From Candidatus Krumholzibacteriota bacterium (GTDB lineage: Bacteria; Krumholzibacteriota; Krumholzibacteriia; JAJRXK01): a stretch of DNA of 64,000 nucleotides. Position numbers and translations under genes: made by a program. The number at the start of each line of letters is the position of its first letter. Positions within the stretch are counted from its first letter, which is position 1. The stretch covers positions 320,001 through 384,000 of the forward strand of contig CAVXTH010000005.1 in NCBI GenBank assembly GCA_963764625.1. Direction: 5' to 3'. Positions 1 to 10,542 of the stretch are shown here, piece after piece. The notes beneath the pieces were generated by a model. It did no database searches. It saw only the letters and a program-made list of their open reading frames with translations, and was not told the DNA's origin.

Positions 1-1171
1 ATGGCCAAAATGCCGTGGGGCTTTAGATGGGCTTTAGCCAGCGCGAAGAACTCCTCGCTCACCAGATGGAAGGGAATCGAGGAGGAGCCGAAGGCATCCA
101 CCACAATGAGGTCCCACCTCTGCTCGCTCTCGCGCAGAAAGTGGCGGGCATCCTCGATCGCGACCTTCGCGTCCTGCGGACGCAGACCGAAATACTCGCG
201 CGCGGCGTGCACCACGCTGGGATCGATCTCCACTGCGTCGACTTTCCATCCGGCCTGATGATACGCTTGCACCACCACTCCCCCTCCGAGTCCCAAGACA
301 AGCATCGCGACCGGGCTCGGGGTGGATGAGCTCGCAGGATTCCAGGACCGGAACGTAGCGATGGTGGCTCTCTCCCATGCCCAGGCCCGCGATGGTGTGC
401 ACGCCGCCGTCGAGCAGGAGATAGGTGCCGTCCTTGCGATCCAGAACCCGGATCTCCGAGTACGGCGAATCGTGCAGCCACACCAGACCTTCCGGGAGGG
501 TACGTGCGTGGGTCAAACCGACTCCTCCCCCCAGCGCCGCAAGTAGACAGAGCACGGCGGCGAAGACCCCATCGGCACGAGCGCCGAATTTCCGGGAATG
601 CCAGAAGGCGAGAGCTGCGGTAAGCAAGAGAACCACCGCGACGAGAATGGTGAGATGAAGTACGCCCAGGTAGGGGATGAGCCAGAAGCCGGTGGCCAGA
701 GCGGAGAACACGCTGGCGATGGTGGAAACGGCGTACAGATTACCGGCGTCGCGGCCCACGCGTTCGACCGTGCGCGCCTTGAGGCGCAGGGCGTAGGGCG
801 TGATCATCCCCAGGAGCACCAGGGGGGGCGCGAAGAGCACCAGAGCCGCGCCCCAGGACGGCCGCGCGCAGATCCAATGGGCCCGTGGCTTGCAGCAGAG
901 GGTGCTTGACCCAGGGAACGACCAGGATCCACAGCCCCGCCAGCGCCAGTAGTCCGGCCACGCGCGCGAGCTTGGGTCCGCGGTCAGCGTAGCGCCCGCC
1001 CAGGGCATAGCCCAGACTGAGCGCGGCCAGGGTGACCGTGATCAGAGCGGACCAGAGGTACAGGGAAACCCCAAAGAACGGCCCCAGAATGCGGGTGCCC
1101 AGGATCTCCAGACAGAGCACGCAGGCACCGGACACCGAGACGAGAAAGTAGAGAAAAGGGATGGAAACCAT
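1..1171 (-). CDS. Fused MFS-like/spermidine synthase family protein (frameshifted, runs off the left edge)
   Basis: N-terminal multi-TM segment (SGACVLCLEILGTRILGPFFGVSLYLWS) and AGNLYAVSTIAS motif, then SAM-methyltransferase motifs in a third frame (VEIDPSVV, EDARHFL, DLIVVDAF). Frame changes near 860 and 300. Confidence 0.85.
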
Positions 1172-1344
1172 GCGCCAAGAGCCTCGTTTCTTGGGAAAAA
1201 ATGGCGAATCTCAGACACTCGCGAAACACCAGAGAGTGACTCAGAGTGACACGAATGCCCGGTAGCTGGCAATCGCCACTTGAACCCCAGCTGCCGGGAT
1301 GCTCAGATCGCTCCCACTTTCGTCATCTCAACCTTCAGGTCATC

Positions 1345-2037
1345 GTGGATCTCAGGCGACAACCGCTCTCCCTCATTCTGCTGCTCTTCCTCTTGGGAGG
1401 AGAAACGAGCGCGGCCGCGCACACGCTGGTCACCGGAGTGGAGCTGCGTGACACCACTCCCCCACCCACCTGCTCACCCGCCCTGGCCGCCGCCTTGAGC
1501 CCACGGTGCCTGGTCATTCGCAGCTACGGCGAGGATGTCCTGCGCATTTGGTCTGTGCGTGAACTATCCCTGACGAAGGCACCGTGGAGCGTCGACAAGG
1601 TGGCGTTCGGCGCGATCGCGGCCGGAGCGCTCGTCGGGGTGGTGGAGGTCAGCGCATCCTTTTACGACTACCGCGATCAGCCGGTGAAATTGGGCCTCTA
1701 CACCCTGCGCTACGGCCTGACCTCCGTCGAATCGGTCGGGATCGGGCATGCGCGCTGGCGCGACGCGCTCTTGATGCTCCCTCTGCAAAATGACCAGGAT
1801 CCAACGCACGTCTGGCCGCCGGAGGTTCTGCGGGCCCTCGCGACCGCCGAGGGTGAGAACGCCCTTCCCCGCCGCATGGCCCTGTTTCCCACCCCGGAGG
1901 GTCGAGGACCGGGCAAGGGCGAGCCCCCGAAACTCATCGCCAACGAGCTTCATCAACCCATGCTGAGTTTCTGGATCGGGGATGTGCACTTGAACCTCGT
2001 CGTGGCCGGATCTGTGTTCCTGAGCAACCAGGAATGA
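1345..2037 (+). CDS. Secreted hypothetical protein
   Basis: Within ORF 1246..2037. GTG at 1345 is followed by a signal-peptide-like stretch (RRQPLSLILLLFLLGGETSAAA) and a globular region (DYRDQPVKLGLYTLRYG). Start uncertain. Confidence 0.6.
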   Translation: MDLRRQPLSLILLLFLLGGETSAAAHTLVTGVELRDTTPPPTCSPALAAALSPRCLVIRSYGEDVLRIWSVRELSLTKAPWSVDKVAFGAIAAGALVGVVEVSASFYDYRDQPVKLGLYTLRYGLTSVESVGIGHARWRDALLMLPLQNDQDPTHVWPPEVLRALATAEGENALPRRMALFPTPEGRGPGKGEPPKLIANELHQPMLSFWIGDVHLNLVVAGSVFLSNQE

Positions 2038-2054
2038 GCCCGAATTCGGGCTCA
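2035..2054. repeat. Perfect 20-bp palindrome TGAGCCCGAATTCGGGCTCA
   Basis: Read directly from the sequence; overlaps the TGA stop of the upstream CDS. Confidence 0.85.
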
Positions 2055-2214
2055 AAGGACCGAATTCTCGCGGTTAATCCCCATCTTTCCCTTGTAGTCC
2101 GCCCCTCGACCTTCCACTATACAGCAGACGCTCCCAGCGAAGTTCACAATCGAAGCTCTCCCATATTCATCTGCCGTCGCGGAGGGACCAGCGCGGCGAG
2201 GAAGGTGTGAGCGC

Positions 2215-3841
2215 ATGTCCGGCCCCGCTGGTAGCACAGGGGACAGAGGACCGACTTTTCCCCTCGCCGCAATGAGCCATCTCTGCGAGCTCGTGCGCCG
2301 GTACAACCGGCGCAGCTACGAGCTAGTCCTCGAGTTCGACTGGAGCACCTACCCCCGGCTCCGGCGCCTCGGACTGGACCAACTCGATCCTTCGCAGCCC
2401 GAGATCGTTCGGCGAGAGTGCCGAGCCGCTCTCGAGATTGCAGTCGAGGAGCTCGAAACGCGCCACCCCGCCGCGATCGATGACGTCTCGCCCATTTCTC
2501 TCCTGCGACGCCACGTACTCGACGGCGACACCTGGGACGTGATCCGCGCCCAACGCAAGGAGATGGGCCTGGTTCGCCTTTCCGAGCGCACACTCAAGAA
2601 CCGTCAGCACGAAGCCTATCGACTCATCCTGCGGTGGGCGGAGAGCGAGTCACTCAGTGAGGTTCCCCAGCTAGATCTTCCCTTTCATCGGCGCAAACAA
2701 CAGCTCCGGCGCGCCGCCTACGCCGGCGGAATCATCATCCTGGTCGCCCTTGTTGGGCTGGGGGATGATGCAGGTTCCCCCGCTGCGCGGCACTTCCAAG
2801 ACACCTCTGGTTGGCACATCTCTCAAAGAGCAACTGCAGAGAGTCGACGCGCGGTACATCGGAGTTCCCCTGCGTCTCACGCAATCCGAGCGGGCGGGGA
2901 TTCCTCCCCTCCAGCAACTACTCCCTTCGGCTCGTTTCCCGGCGCTGGGAACACAGTTGGGAATCTTGATGCTGCTCCCGGGGCCGCCGGGTGGCGATCC
3001 CAGAGTTCTGTTGAGCACGAAGAAAGGCGGCTACGGGGGTGGCCGTGTCTGGCTCTGGGATGCAGTGGCCGATTCGTTCGTGTGGAAACTCGAGTGGAAG
3101 CCTCCACGGGATGAGATCTTCACGCACAGTACGCTTGACTCGACGGTGTACGACCAAGCGTGGGGAGTCAGCTCCGTGACTTGGCGCTCGGGGGCGCTCA
3201 ATTTGGGAACGCGCCTGGCCATTTGTTACCAACAGTTCTATAGCCCGTGTTTCTTCCTGATCGTCGATCGAAACAGCGGAGCGCCCTTGGCGCATTACAC
3301 GCATCCCGGGTTCATCTACGGTCCCTACCTCGCCGACCTTTCCGGTGACGGAAAGCCCGAGATCCTCTGCGCGGGCACCGACAACGCGCTCAACCGTCCC
3401 GACCTCACCGTTCTGGAACCCGACATGAAAAACGGCGCGGCCTCGACCTGCATGTGGAACAAAAAAGGGGAAGGCGCGCTGTTCCGGGTCCTCTTGCCCG
3501 CGGTGCGCCCCTTGGAAGAGTCCTTCGAGGATCCACGCCTCGCGGTACGTCCCATCGAGGATCGAAACTGGTCTCCAGGCAGTGGGCTCCTGAATCTGCT
3601 CGTCTGGGGCGGGGATCGGGATCTTGAGCGTGCCTACTTCGCCCATCTCTACCACGGCTGCGAAATCCACCCCGGCCACGGTTTTTCGGTCGGGGACCAC
3701 GCCGAGTACGCCTGGCGGAAGATCGGACTCGACTTCGCGAGTATGGAAGGCGAACTCGAGCAGCAAGTCGAGGTGGTTCGGGGTCCCCACTTCGATGAAA
3801 TCATGGGATCCGTCGTTCCACAGCTCGTGAGCCGGCACTGA
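2215..3841 (+). CDS. Putative membrane-anchored regulator: HTH-like N-terminus, one TM helix, FG-GAP-like extracytoplasmic domain (frameshift near 2760)
   Basis: ORFs 2215..3114 and 2750..3841 join at a G-run at the end of the TM segment. Sigma-region-4-like pattern LLRRHVLDGDTWDVIR...LSERTLKNRQHEAY; FG-GAP-like DLSGDGKPEIL. Confidence 0.6.
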
Positions 3842-3877
3842 TCGACGGCAACTTCAGAGGACATTCTCAGCTGGCAG

Positions 3878-3922
3878 AAAAAACGCCCCTCGGCAGAAGT
3901 CGCAGAACTCCCGCCGAGGGGC
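3878..3922 (-). terminator. Rho-independent terminator
   Basis: Minus strand GCCCCTCGGCGGGAGT-tctgcg-ACTTCTGCCGAGGGGC then GTTTTTT. The 16-bp stem is complete only on the minus strand, via two G-U pairs. Confidence 0.75.
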
Positions 3923-4237
3923 CCCAATTGCACGATATCCCGTTGACGATGCGCTCGACGGCTCCCGAGTCGAGATGCATCGGGGGGAAGTTGCACGTGC
4001 AGGGTAATAATGCAACTTCGCAAGGAATTAAATCCACTAATTCGGCGGGCAAGAACAGGCAGGACGTCCGTTCGCGGAGGAGATTCTTCGAATTGATCGG
4101 TTATTCGGGTGATTTTGATGCACTGGCATGCAGTCCAAAGTGCTTCGCTCGATGCAAATCCTCATTCTGGATTTACTTGTTCGATCCGCGACGCGTCAGG
4201 CACGGTGGAAGACGAATCTCTCCCCGGGAATCACCTC

Positions 4238-5380
4238 CTAGCCGTCGGCCGGCCGCCGGAGCATGTACGGGGTTGGAGTGAACGAGTTTTGGGGCGCTGT
4301 CAGACCCACCGCATAGATGTCCCCGTTCTCCGCTTCGGCCAGGCTCTGAAGCCTTACATCGCTGCTCTGCCACTCGATGGTGGTCTCTCCCGTCGAGTAA
4401 TGGTGGACCAATGCGCTGCCGGATTCTCCGCAGGCCAGATAGACGTCTCCGTTCGCGGCCACCAGGATGTCGTTGACCCGGTCGAGAGTTCCCGCCTCCG
4501 GGAGAACAAATTCCAGCCACTCGTCATGCACCGCGTCGTACTGCATCAGGAACGCCACGTAGTCATCTACGGCACCGGCGGAAAAGTCGGTAATGGCTCC
4601 TCCGAGCAGAAGGGCGCCCTGCTGGTTAAAGGCCACCGCCCGGAACTCGCGATTGCCACAGCCTCCGCATCCGAGCCCTTTCCTCAAGATCCACCCCGCG
4701 CCCTCGTCGGTGAGCAGTACGGAGAAGGGAGAATCCTCGTCTCCGTTCGCCCCGTCGTCGAATCCGCACCCGGCCCAGGTGCCGGAGTGCCACGCGAGAT
4801 CGACCAAGCTCTTCTCCTGCGGATCGCCGGGAAGGGGAATCGAAACCGTGGTCCAGCTTCCATCGGCCGTTCCCGAGAGTGCGAAGATGCTCGCCCCTCC
4901 CGGACCCGCTGCGAGGAAAGTGCCGGACTCATCGACGGTGACGGCCTGCAAGCCGCCATTCGTGGCCGGCAGGGCTACGCGCGTCCAGCCGGGACGCTCG
5001 GCCAAGACGAGCGGAGAGCCGGCGCTACTGATGTTTACGCCCACGATGACCCCCTTCCCTGCGCCATCGATGGCGACGGCGAGAAGGAAGTCGTCGGTAT
5101 TGACCGGAAGCGACTGCACGGACCAGTCCGCGCCATTGGACTCGAGCACGTAGTCAGGCTTGGCGCCGCTCGCTCCGGTCGAGCCCAAAGCGAGACCACG
5201 GGAGCCCTTGAAGGCGATGCTCGTCAGACCGCTCGAGGGGAGGGTATCGGGAAGCGAGACCTCGACCCACGGGCTCGATGCGGGCGGAGGACCGGTCGGC
5301 CCGTCGGAGCAGGCCACGGGTAGCATCGAGGCGAACAGGACGGCGAGCAGAAGCAGAGGGCGGGCGGAATCTAGGCGCAT
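4238..5380 (-). CDS. Lipoprotein, probable beta-propeller/BNR-like repeats
   Basis: 380 aa; lipobox (PVAC); RBS GGAGG; repeated W...L.AV-type blades. Confidence 0.7.
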   Translation of the reverse strand: MRLDSARPLLLLAVLFASMLPVACSDGPTGPPPASSPWVEVSLPDTLPSSGLTSIAFKGSRGLALGSTGASGAKPDYVLESNGADWSVQSLPVNTDDFLLAVAIDGAGKGVIVGVNISSAGSPLVLAERPGWTRVALPATNGGLQAVTVDESGTFLAAGPGGASIFALSGTADGSWTTVSIPLPGDPQEKSLVDLAWHSGTWAGCGFDDGANGDEDSPFSVLLTDEGAGWILRKGLGCGGCGNREFRAVAFNQQGALLLGGAITDFSAGAVDDYVAFLMQYDAVHDEWLEFVLPEAGTLDRVNDILVAANGDVYLACGESGSALVHHYSTGETTIEWQSSDVRLQSLAEAENGDIYAVGLTAPQNSFTPTPYMLRRPADG

Positions 5381-5576
5381 GGGTGACCTCCAGGAGAGAG
5401 GCTACGCGTGAAATCAGATGATTTCGACGCCAACAGGATACCGAGCCGTGCGCACCGCGCACAAGGGAAAGCCCTTTGCGGGGTCTTTGCCGGAAGTCTC
5501 GCGGCTTGAAGCCGAGCGTCCTTCTCCGCTATCATGAAGTCCCTGGTCGACGCTTCCTCAACCAGAAGGATGCGCC

Positions 5577-6707
5577 ATGTCATTTGCCCGCCGCGTTTTC
5601 AAACCGTCCCCTCTGCCACTGATATTCGTTTTCACTTTGCTGCAGTTCGGCTGCGGTGATGATTCCACCGGACCGGTGGACGTCACTTCGCCGCAGCCCA
5701 TATCCGAATTCTGGCAAGGCACCTACGAGAGTGCCGACCACAGTCAGGACGGCGCGTTTCTGCTTGACCTCGTGCGCACGGGCAGCGCGGTGAAAGGTCA
5801 GATCATGCTGCGCGATCGTGGGACGTCCGATACCCAGCGTCACCTCTTTCTGAGCGGCACGAGTGAAGGCGACAGTCTGCTACTGGGTTTGGACTACGAT
5901 TCCCATAGCTATCAGTTCACGTTCAACTTCGTGGGTGAGGTAGCAGGTGATTCGACGTCCTTTACGGGAAACCTCAGCCTACCCATTGCCGGACTCGCAG
6001 CTTCGGTTCAAGCGGAGAAGCAAGTTCTCGGTGAGCTCGCGGTCGATTCGAGCGAAGAGATCGACCACGACATCCACGGGCTCGCGGTCGCGGGAGACCA
6101 TCTGTGGATGAGTACGTTGGGTAGCTCGTACCTGGGAATGACATTTGCGGGTGTAGTCGATGACACGATCTCGGTACTTCTAGAAAATTACGCGCTGTGG
6201 ACGAGCGTTGGTCTCGCCACCAACGGCACCTCGTTCTGGGGAACCTGCCCGGTCACGGTGAGCGATGGGACGGATGTACACAACGTGGCCGACCTCATCG
6301 AGTTCGGATACGACGGCATGATCAACCAAAGGGTTCGGGTTCCCATGCGCGTGCCGGGACTGGCGTACGAGGGCAGCGCACTGTGGACGCTCGGACCGGA
6401 CAGCGAGGCTCTGTATCGTCTCGATGGATCGGGCAGCGTGGTCGAGACGGTTCCGATTTCCGTTCCCGACCTCATCTATCTCGAGTACGACGGAGAGTAC
6501 TTCTGGAGCGTGGGTTGGTTCCTGACGAATCTCTACCAGATCGATCGCACGGGAAAGACGGTGGCCGTGTATCACCTGCCAGACGAAGTGCTCGGGCCGT
6601 TCCCCGGCGGACTCGCGTTCGACGGAAGTAAGTTCTGGTACAGCGCGTCGCTGTCGTATCTGCGCGTGCCGGGGAGTTTGCTGTCGAGTTTTCATGTGGT
6701 GGAGTGA
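5577..6707 (+). CDS. Lipoprotein with C-terminal beta-propeller
   Basis: 376 aa; lipobox LQFGC; repeated GLA(Y/F)xGxxxW blades. Confidence 0.7.
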   Translation: MSFARRVFKPSPLPLIFVFTLLQFGCGDDSTGPVDVTSPQPISEFWQGTYESADHSQDGAFLLDLVRTGSAVKGQIMLRDRGTSDTQRHLFLSGTSEGDSLLLGLDYDSHSYQFTFNFVGEVAGDSTSFTGNLSLPIAGLAASVQAEKQVLGELAVDSSEEIDHDIHGLAVAGDHLWMSTLGSSYLGMTFAGVVDDTISVLLENYALWTSVGLATNGTSFWGTCPVTVSDGTDVHNVADLIEFGYDGMINQRVRVPMRVPGLAYEGSALWTLGPDSEALYRLDGSGSVVETVPISVPDLIYLEYDGEYFWSVGWFLTNLYQIDRTGKTVAVYHLPDEVLGPFPGGLAFDGSKFWYSASLSYLRVPGSLLSSFHVVE

Positions 6708-7022
6708 AGTCACTCGGTGATGATCTAGCTTTGATTCGGCGTGAAGGACCTCTCACGCGAGATGTGAAACCACAAAAACGGACCTTCAGCTCCGCAGATT
6801 GGTTCGTCTACTAGAGTAACTGCATTGCTGCGATTGGCTGCCTTCCTTGACATGAGCGTGCCAGATAGTGTGTAATCGTCGTTGACACAACTCGGCCCCG
6901 GCTCGCTCCCGACCGAGACCCCTCCCGAAAGGCCATTCACTGGCCATATGGACCAGCTGGCACGCGACGGACGTCGGTTGCGGTGTTTGGCATTCTATCA
7001 GTATGAGGTCTAGGAGGCACCG

Positions 7023-7418
7023 ATGAGTACTTCCCGCTTACCGGTGAAGATGACTTTTCGCAGCTACTGGTTCCGCACCCTCGTGAGTTCTCTTCTCCTT
7101 AGCAGCGCGTTTCTATGCACGATTCCGTCCGTAACCCAGGCGAAGATTATCTATAGCAACGATCGTCTCCAAGGAGACGTGGAGGCTAAGCTCGGGTAGT
7201 TCGAGCGGCGACCCGGGTGGCGGCGAGCTACTGGTTGGAAGCACAGATACATCTTCTCCGCCTATTGTGGTTCAGACTGCGTATCCAGACGCCACGTGTT
7301 TAATCAACGACAAGCAAATCCTCGCCAGCACGATACAGCGAGCCCAGACTCGCGTTGGTTTCTCCATTTCTTACGCGAGCTGTCTCGTCTGGTCCACATT
7401 CATGGATGGGGGCGCTAG
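7023..7418 (+). CDS. Small secreted protein absent from the ORF track: 58 aa as read (7023-7199), about 131 aa if two compensating indels are repaired
   Basis: RBS AGGAGG at 7012-7017, ATG 7023, signal peptide ending VTQA. The +1 frame continues SSSGDPGGGE; the original frame ends SRWFLHFLRELSRLVHIHGWGR with TAG at 7416-7418, directly before ATG 7419. Confidence 0.6.
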
Positions 7419-9857
7419 ATGAATTCTGATCTTGAGCGCGCCGTCATGCAGCTGGATGAGACTTCACGTGCGCTCCGTTCCAGACTCGAAGACTCTGCGC
7501 GCGGAACCTCGTTGAACGAGGTCGCTTCTCTCGTCGTACCGCTCACTACGGCCGGCCGCTTCAGCGATGCCATCGACTATGCAGAGCGGGCGTTTCGTGA
7601 GTGGGATAGACTTGAGCCGGGCCTTCGTAACGACATGGCGGTGCACTACGCCCTTGCACTGCATGTCACCGGGAATCGGAGAAAGCTGACCCGGTTCATG
7701 GCCGGTCCAGCAAGGAGCTTGAGCGTAGAAGCTCAAGCACGTATTCAGATCAAGTCGGCCTGGTCGGAACTTATGGGAGGTGATGATCGCAAGTCAGGTG
7801 TCACCGCGAGTTCCGCTCGACAGATCTGTGACCCGGAGGACTCTCAGCTCGTTCTGGCAGAGCTCATGTACCTGGAGGGCTATAGGTCGTTTTCGCGCGC
7901 TGGGGACCTTCATGCAGGCCGAGGAGAAGATCGATCTGGCCTGTGGTCTGTTCCGCCTCCACTCAGAGCAACTGCTACTCGCCCACGCACTTCAAGCTCG
8001 GGCAGAGATCCACTGGGGACTTGGGAATGCCGGATACGCGGAGTCACTCGCGACCAGCTCCTTGCGGCTTGCGGGATTGTTGGGCAACTATCGGACCGCG
8101 ACGGCGGCCCTCCGTCAGCACAGCATCTTCTGCTATCATCAGGCTAAGTTTGCTAAGAGCGCGAGCTCTCTTGACGCAGGCTCTCGGGTTCCACGCCCGA
8201 TTCGAGTGCAACGTAACCCCGTTCAGGTTGAAGACAGAAATAGCCCTCGCTAGACTCGAGTTACTGCTCGGAAATTCTACATCCGCGTCCGAGACCCTCG
8301 AGGAGGTCCGAGAACACGTTCCGAAGATGGATGCCATAGCCGCCGCCATGTGGCACGAATACCAGGGTATTGCCAAGGCGCAGCAGCTCGACTACATCGC
8401 CGCACTCGCGTCCTTCGAGGAATCCAAGAAGTGCCTCGCAGCTTCCGGAACCACGACTTACGAACTCGCCGAGGTGTACTGGCAAGAGGCCGAGGTTCAC
8501 CTCGCCATGCACAATCCACGGATTGCGCTGGACCTCGCCAACGATGCGCTCGAAGTCGTCGCACGAATGCGGAAACCGCCGTGAGTACGGGCAGATACTC
8601 CGCGTCAAGGCTACTGCCCTTGCCCAGCTCGCGCGCCCACAGGAAGCAATTCCTCTCTTGGAGGAAGCCGCCGTGGAATTGCGTGGTCGCAACAATCCGC
8701 TTGAGCTGGGCCGTACCCTGACGCAACTAGCGGGAGTTCTCGATCCTGAGTCCGCGGTCGAGAAGGCCAACGAGGCCCTCGCTATTTTCACTCGCCTACA
8801 ACTCTCCACTTTCGCAAACGAAGCCCGCCAAGCTCGCGATCTGGCCAGACTCCGCTTACAGGCCTTCCAAAGCGCGGAGGAGAAAAAGCACACAGTGTGC
8901 AAGGAAGGACAACTCGTTGCAGTGTCGCCCCGCATGAAAGAGGTACTCGCTGATTGCAACTTCATTGCCAGCTCTATCTCTCCCGCCGTCATCATGGGAG
9001 CTACTGGCGTGGGCAAAGAAGTGGTTGCTCGCTACATCCATGAACATAGCGAGTTTTCCAAAGGTCCTCTCGTGGCTGTGAACTGTGCCGCACTTCCGGA
9101 ATCTCTCTTCGAGCGCGAACTCTTCGGACATAAGAAGGGGGCCTTTACAGGGGCCGATCGCGATACCGCTGGTGTGGTCGCCGCCGCCTCAGGGGGAACC
9201 CTCTTCCTCGATGAAATCGGGGAACTCCCCATGGCGATGCAGGCCAAGCTGCTGCGTCTCTTACAGGAGAGCACGTACCGGCGGGTCGGGGATGTTACGG
9301 AGTACCACGCGGACATTCGGGTTTTGGCCGCTACGAATTGCGACCTCAGGAAACAAGTCGACGATAAGATCTTCCGCGAAGATCTCTGGTACCGGATCAA
9401 TGCCTTCGAGGTGCGAATTCCGCTGCTTCGCGAACGCCCCGAGGACATCGCGCCGTTGACCGATCTCTTTCTCGAGGAACAATCGAAGAAATTCGGGATC
9501 GAGTTCTGGATGGATCAACAGGTGCGTCGCCTCTTCGAACGCTACCCATGGCCAGGCAACGTGCGCGAGCTTCAATCGGCTGTGCGTGCCGGTGCCGCCC
9601 GCGCTCGAGGCGATGGTCGAATTCGGGTGCGGCACCTTCCCCACTCCCTGCGCGAGTCAAGGACCAAGAAGCCGACTCCGATCCTCTCGCTTCAACAGCA
9701 TCTCGAGGTCGAGGAACGCCGCATCATTCTGCACGCCCTGCGTCAGTGCAAAAACTCGCGCTCGCAAGCCGCTCGGTACTTGGGGATCGGGCGCAACACG
9801 CTCTACGAGAAGATGCAACGTCTGGGAATCGCGCTCGACAAGGAAGCCAAGGGCTAG
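7419..9857 (+). CDS. Sigma-54-dependent transcriptional activator with N-terminal TPR region (3 frameshifts)
   Basis: Walker A GATGVGKE, GAFTGA, LFLDEIGE, WPGNVREL, Fis-type HTH (AARYLGIGRNTLYEK). TPR-like helices spread over frames switching near 7900, 8160 and 8575. Confidence 0.9.
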
Positions 9858-9917
9858 GTCGCGCGGATATACTCGACCGTATCGGAGACTTTTATCGCCG
9901 GCTATAATCGACCATAC

Positions 9918-10542
9918 CTACTTCGTCTCCACCATCGCCTTTGCTTCCGCTAAGCTCATCTGCTTGTTGTAGAGTCTATCGTCGGTCTCGCTCAGGCCGC
10001 GCGCCTTGGCAAGATTCCCCAGGAACAACGGCCCGAATCCCAGTTCCTCGATGAGCTGCCGGGCAACCGATTCCGCCTTCTTGTCGGTAGCGACGAACGG
10101 AAGTACCCGCCGTTCTTCGAGCGGCTTGCTCGTGATCACCCTCATCGCGAAGGTGTTCCCAGAAGATTGTGTTGAAGACCTTGGCGAGATGCGTCGCGGG
10201 AAGCAGGCGGTGCAGGTACTCACTTTGGGTGAGTCCTTTGAGGTCGATGGCGCCGTCGCGCGAGGGATAATAATTAGACGCGGTCAGCAGCACTTTGCCC
10301 TCGAGCTCTTCGCGGGGCAGCTCGCTGAGCTTGCCGAAGGGAACCGCCTCGATGACGATCTCTCCCTTTCGCGCAGCTTGCTGCGCCGTGGCGGCCGAAA
10401 CTTTGGGTCCCAGTTTCGCGACCAGTTCACGGAGAGTCTCCGGACCCCGCGAGTTGGCGATGACCACCTCGTGGCCACTCTTGACCAAGAGACTCGCAAG
10501 CGTTCCCCCGATATGGCCCGCTCCGATGATTCCGATCTTCAT
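9918..10542 (-). CDS. NADPH-dependent F420 reductase family oxidoreductase (frameshift near 10110)
   Basis: MKIGIIGAGHIGG Rossmann motif, ANSRGPETL, SNYYPSRDG, KVFNTI; C-terminus in ORF 9918..10223. Confidence 0.85.

Noticed and set aside
6725-6940. 71-aa minus-strand ORF
   Set aside because: No RBS or recognisable motif; overlaps the probable promoter region.
6957-7003. TGGCAC and TGGCAT as sigma54 -24 boxes before the mini-protein
   Set aside because: Neither has GC at the required -12 spacing (AC and GT instead).
7062-7236. 11-nt direct repeat AGCTACTGGTT (7062, 7226)
   Set aside because: Only two short copies; compatible with chance.
7197-7421. Double TAG read-through fusing the mini-protein to the activator (all in one frame)
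   Set aside because: TAG is a normal stop for many genes here, the read-through segment looks non-protein-like, and a signal peptide on a cytoplasmic bEBP makes little sense. Compensating indels or a 58-aa peptide are simpler.
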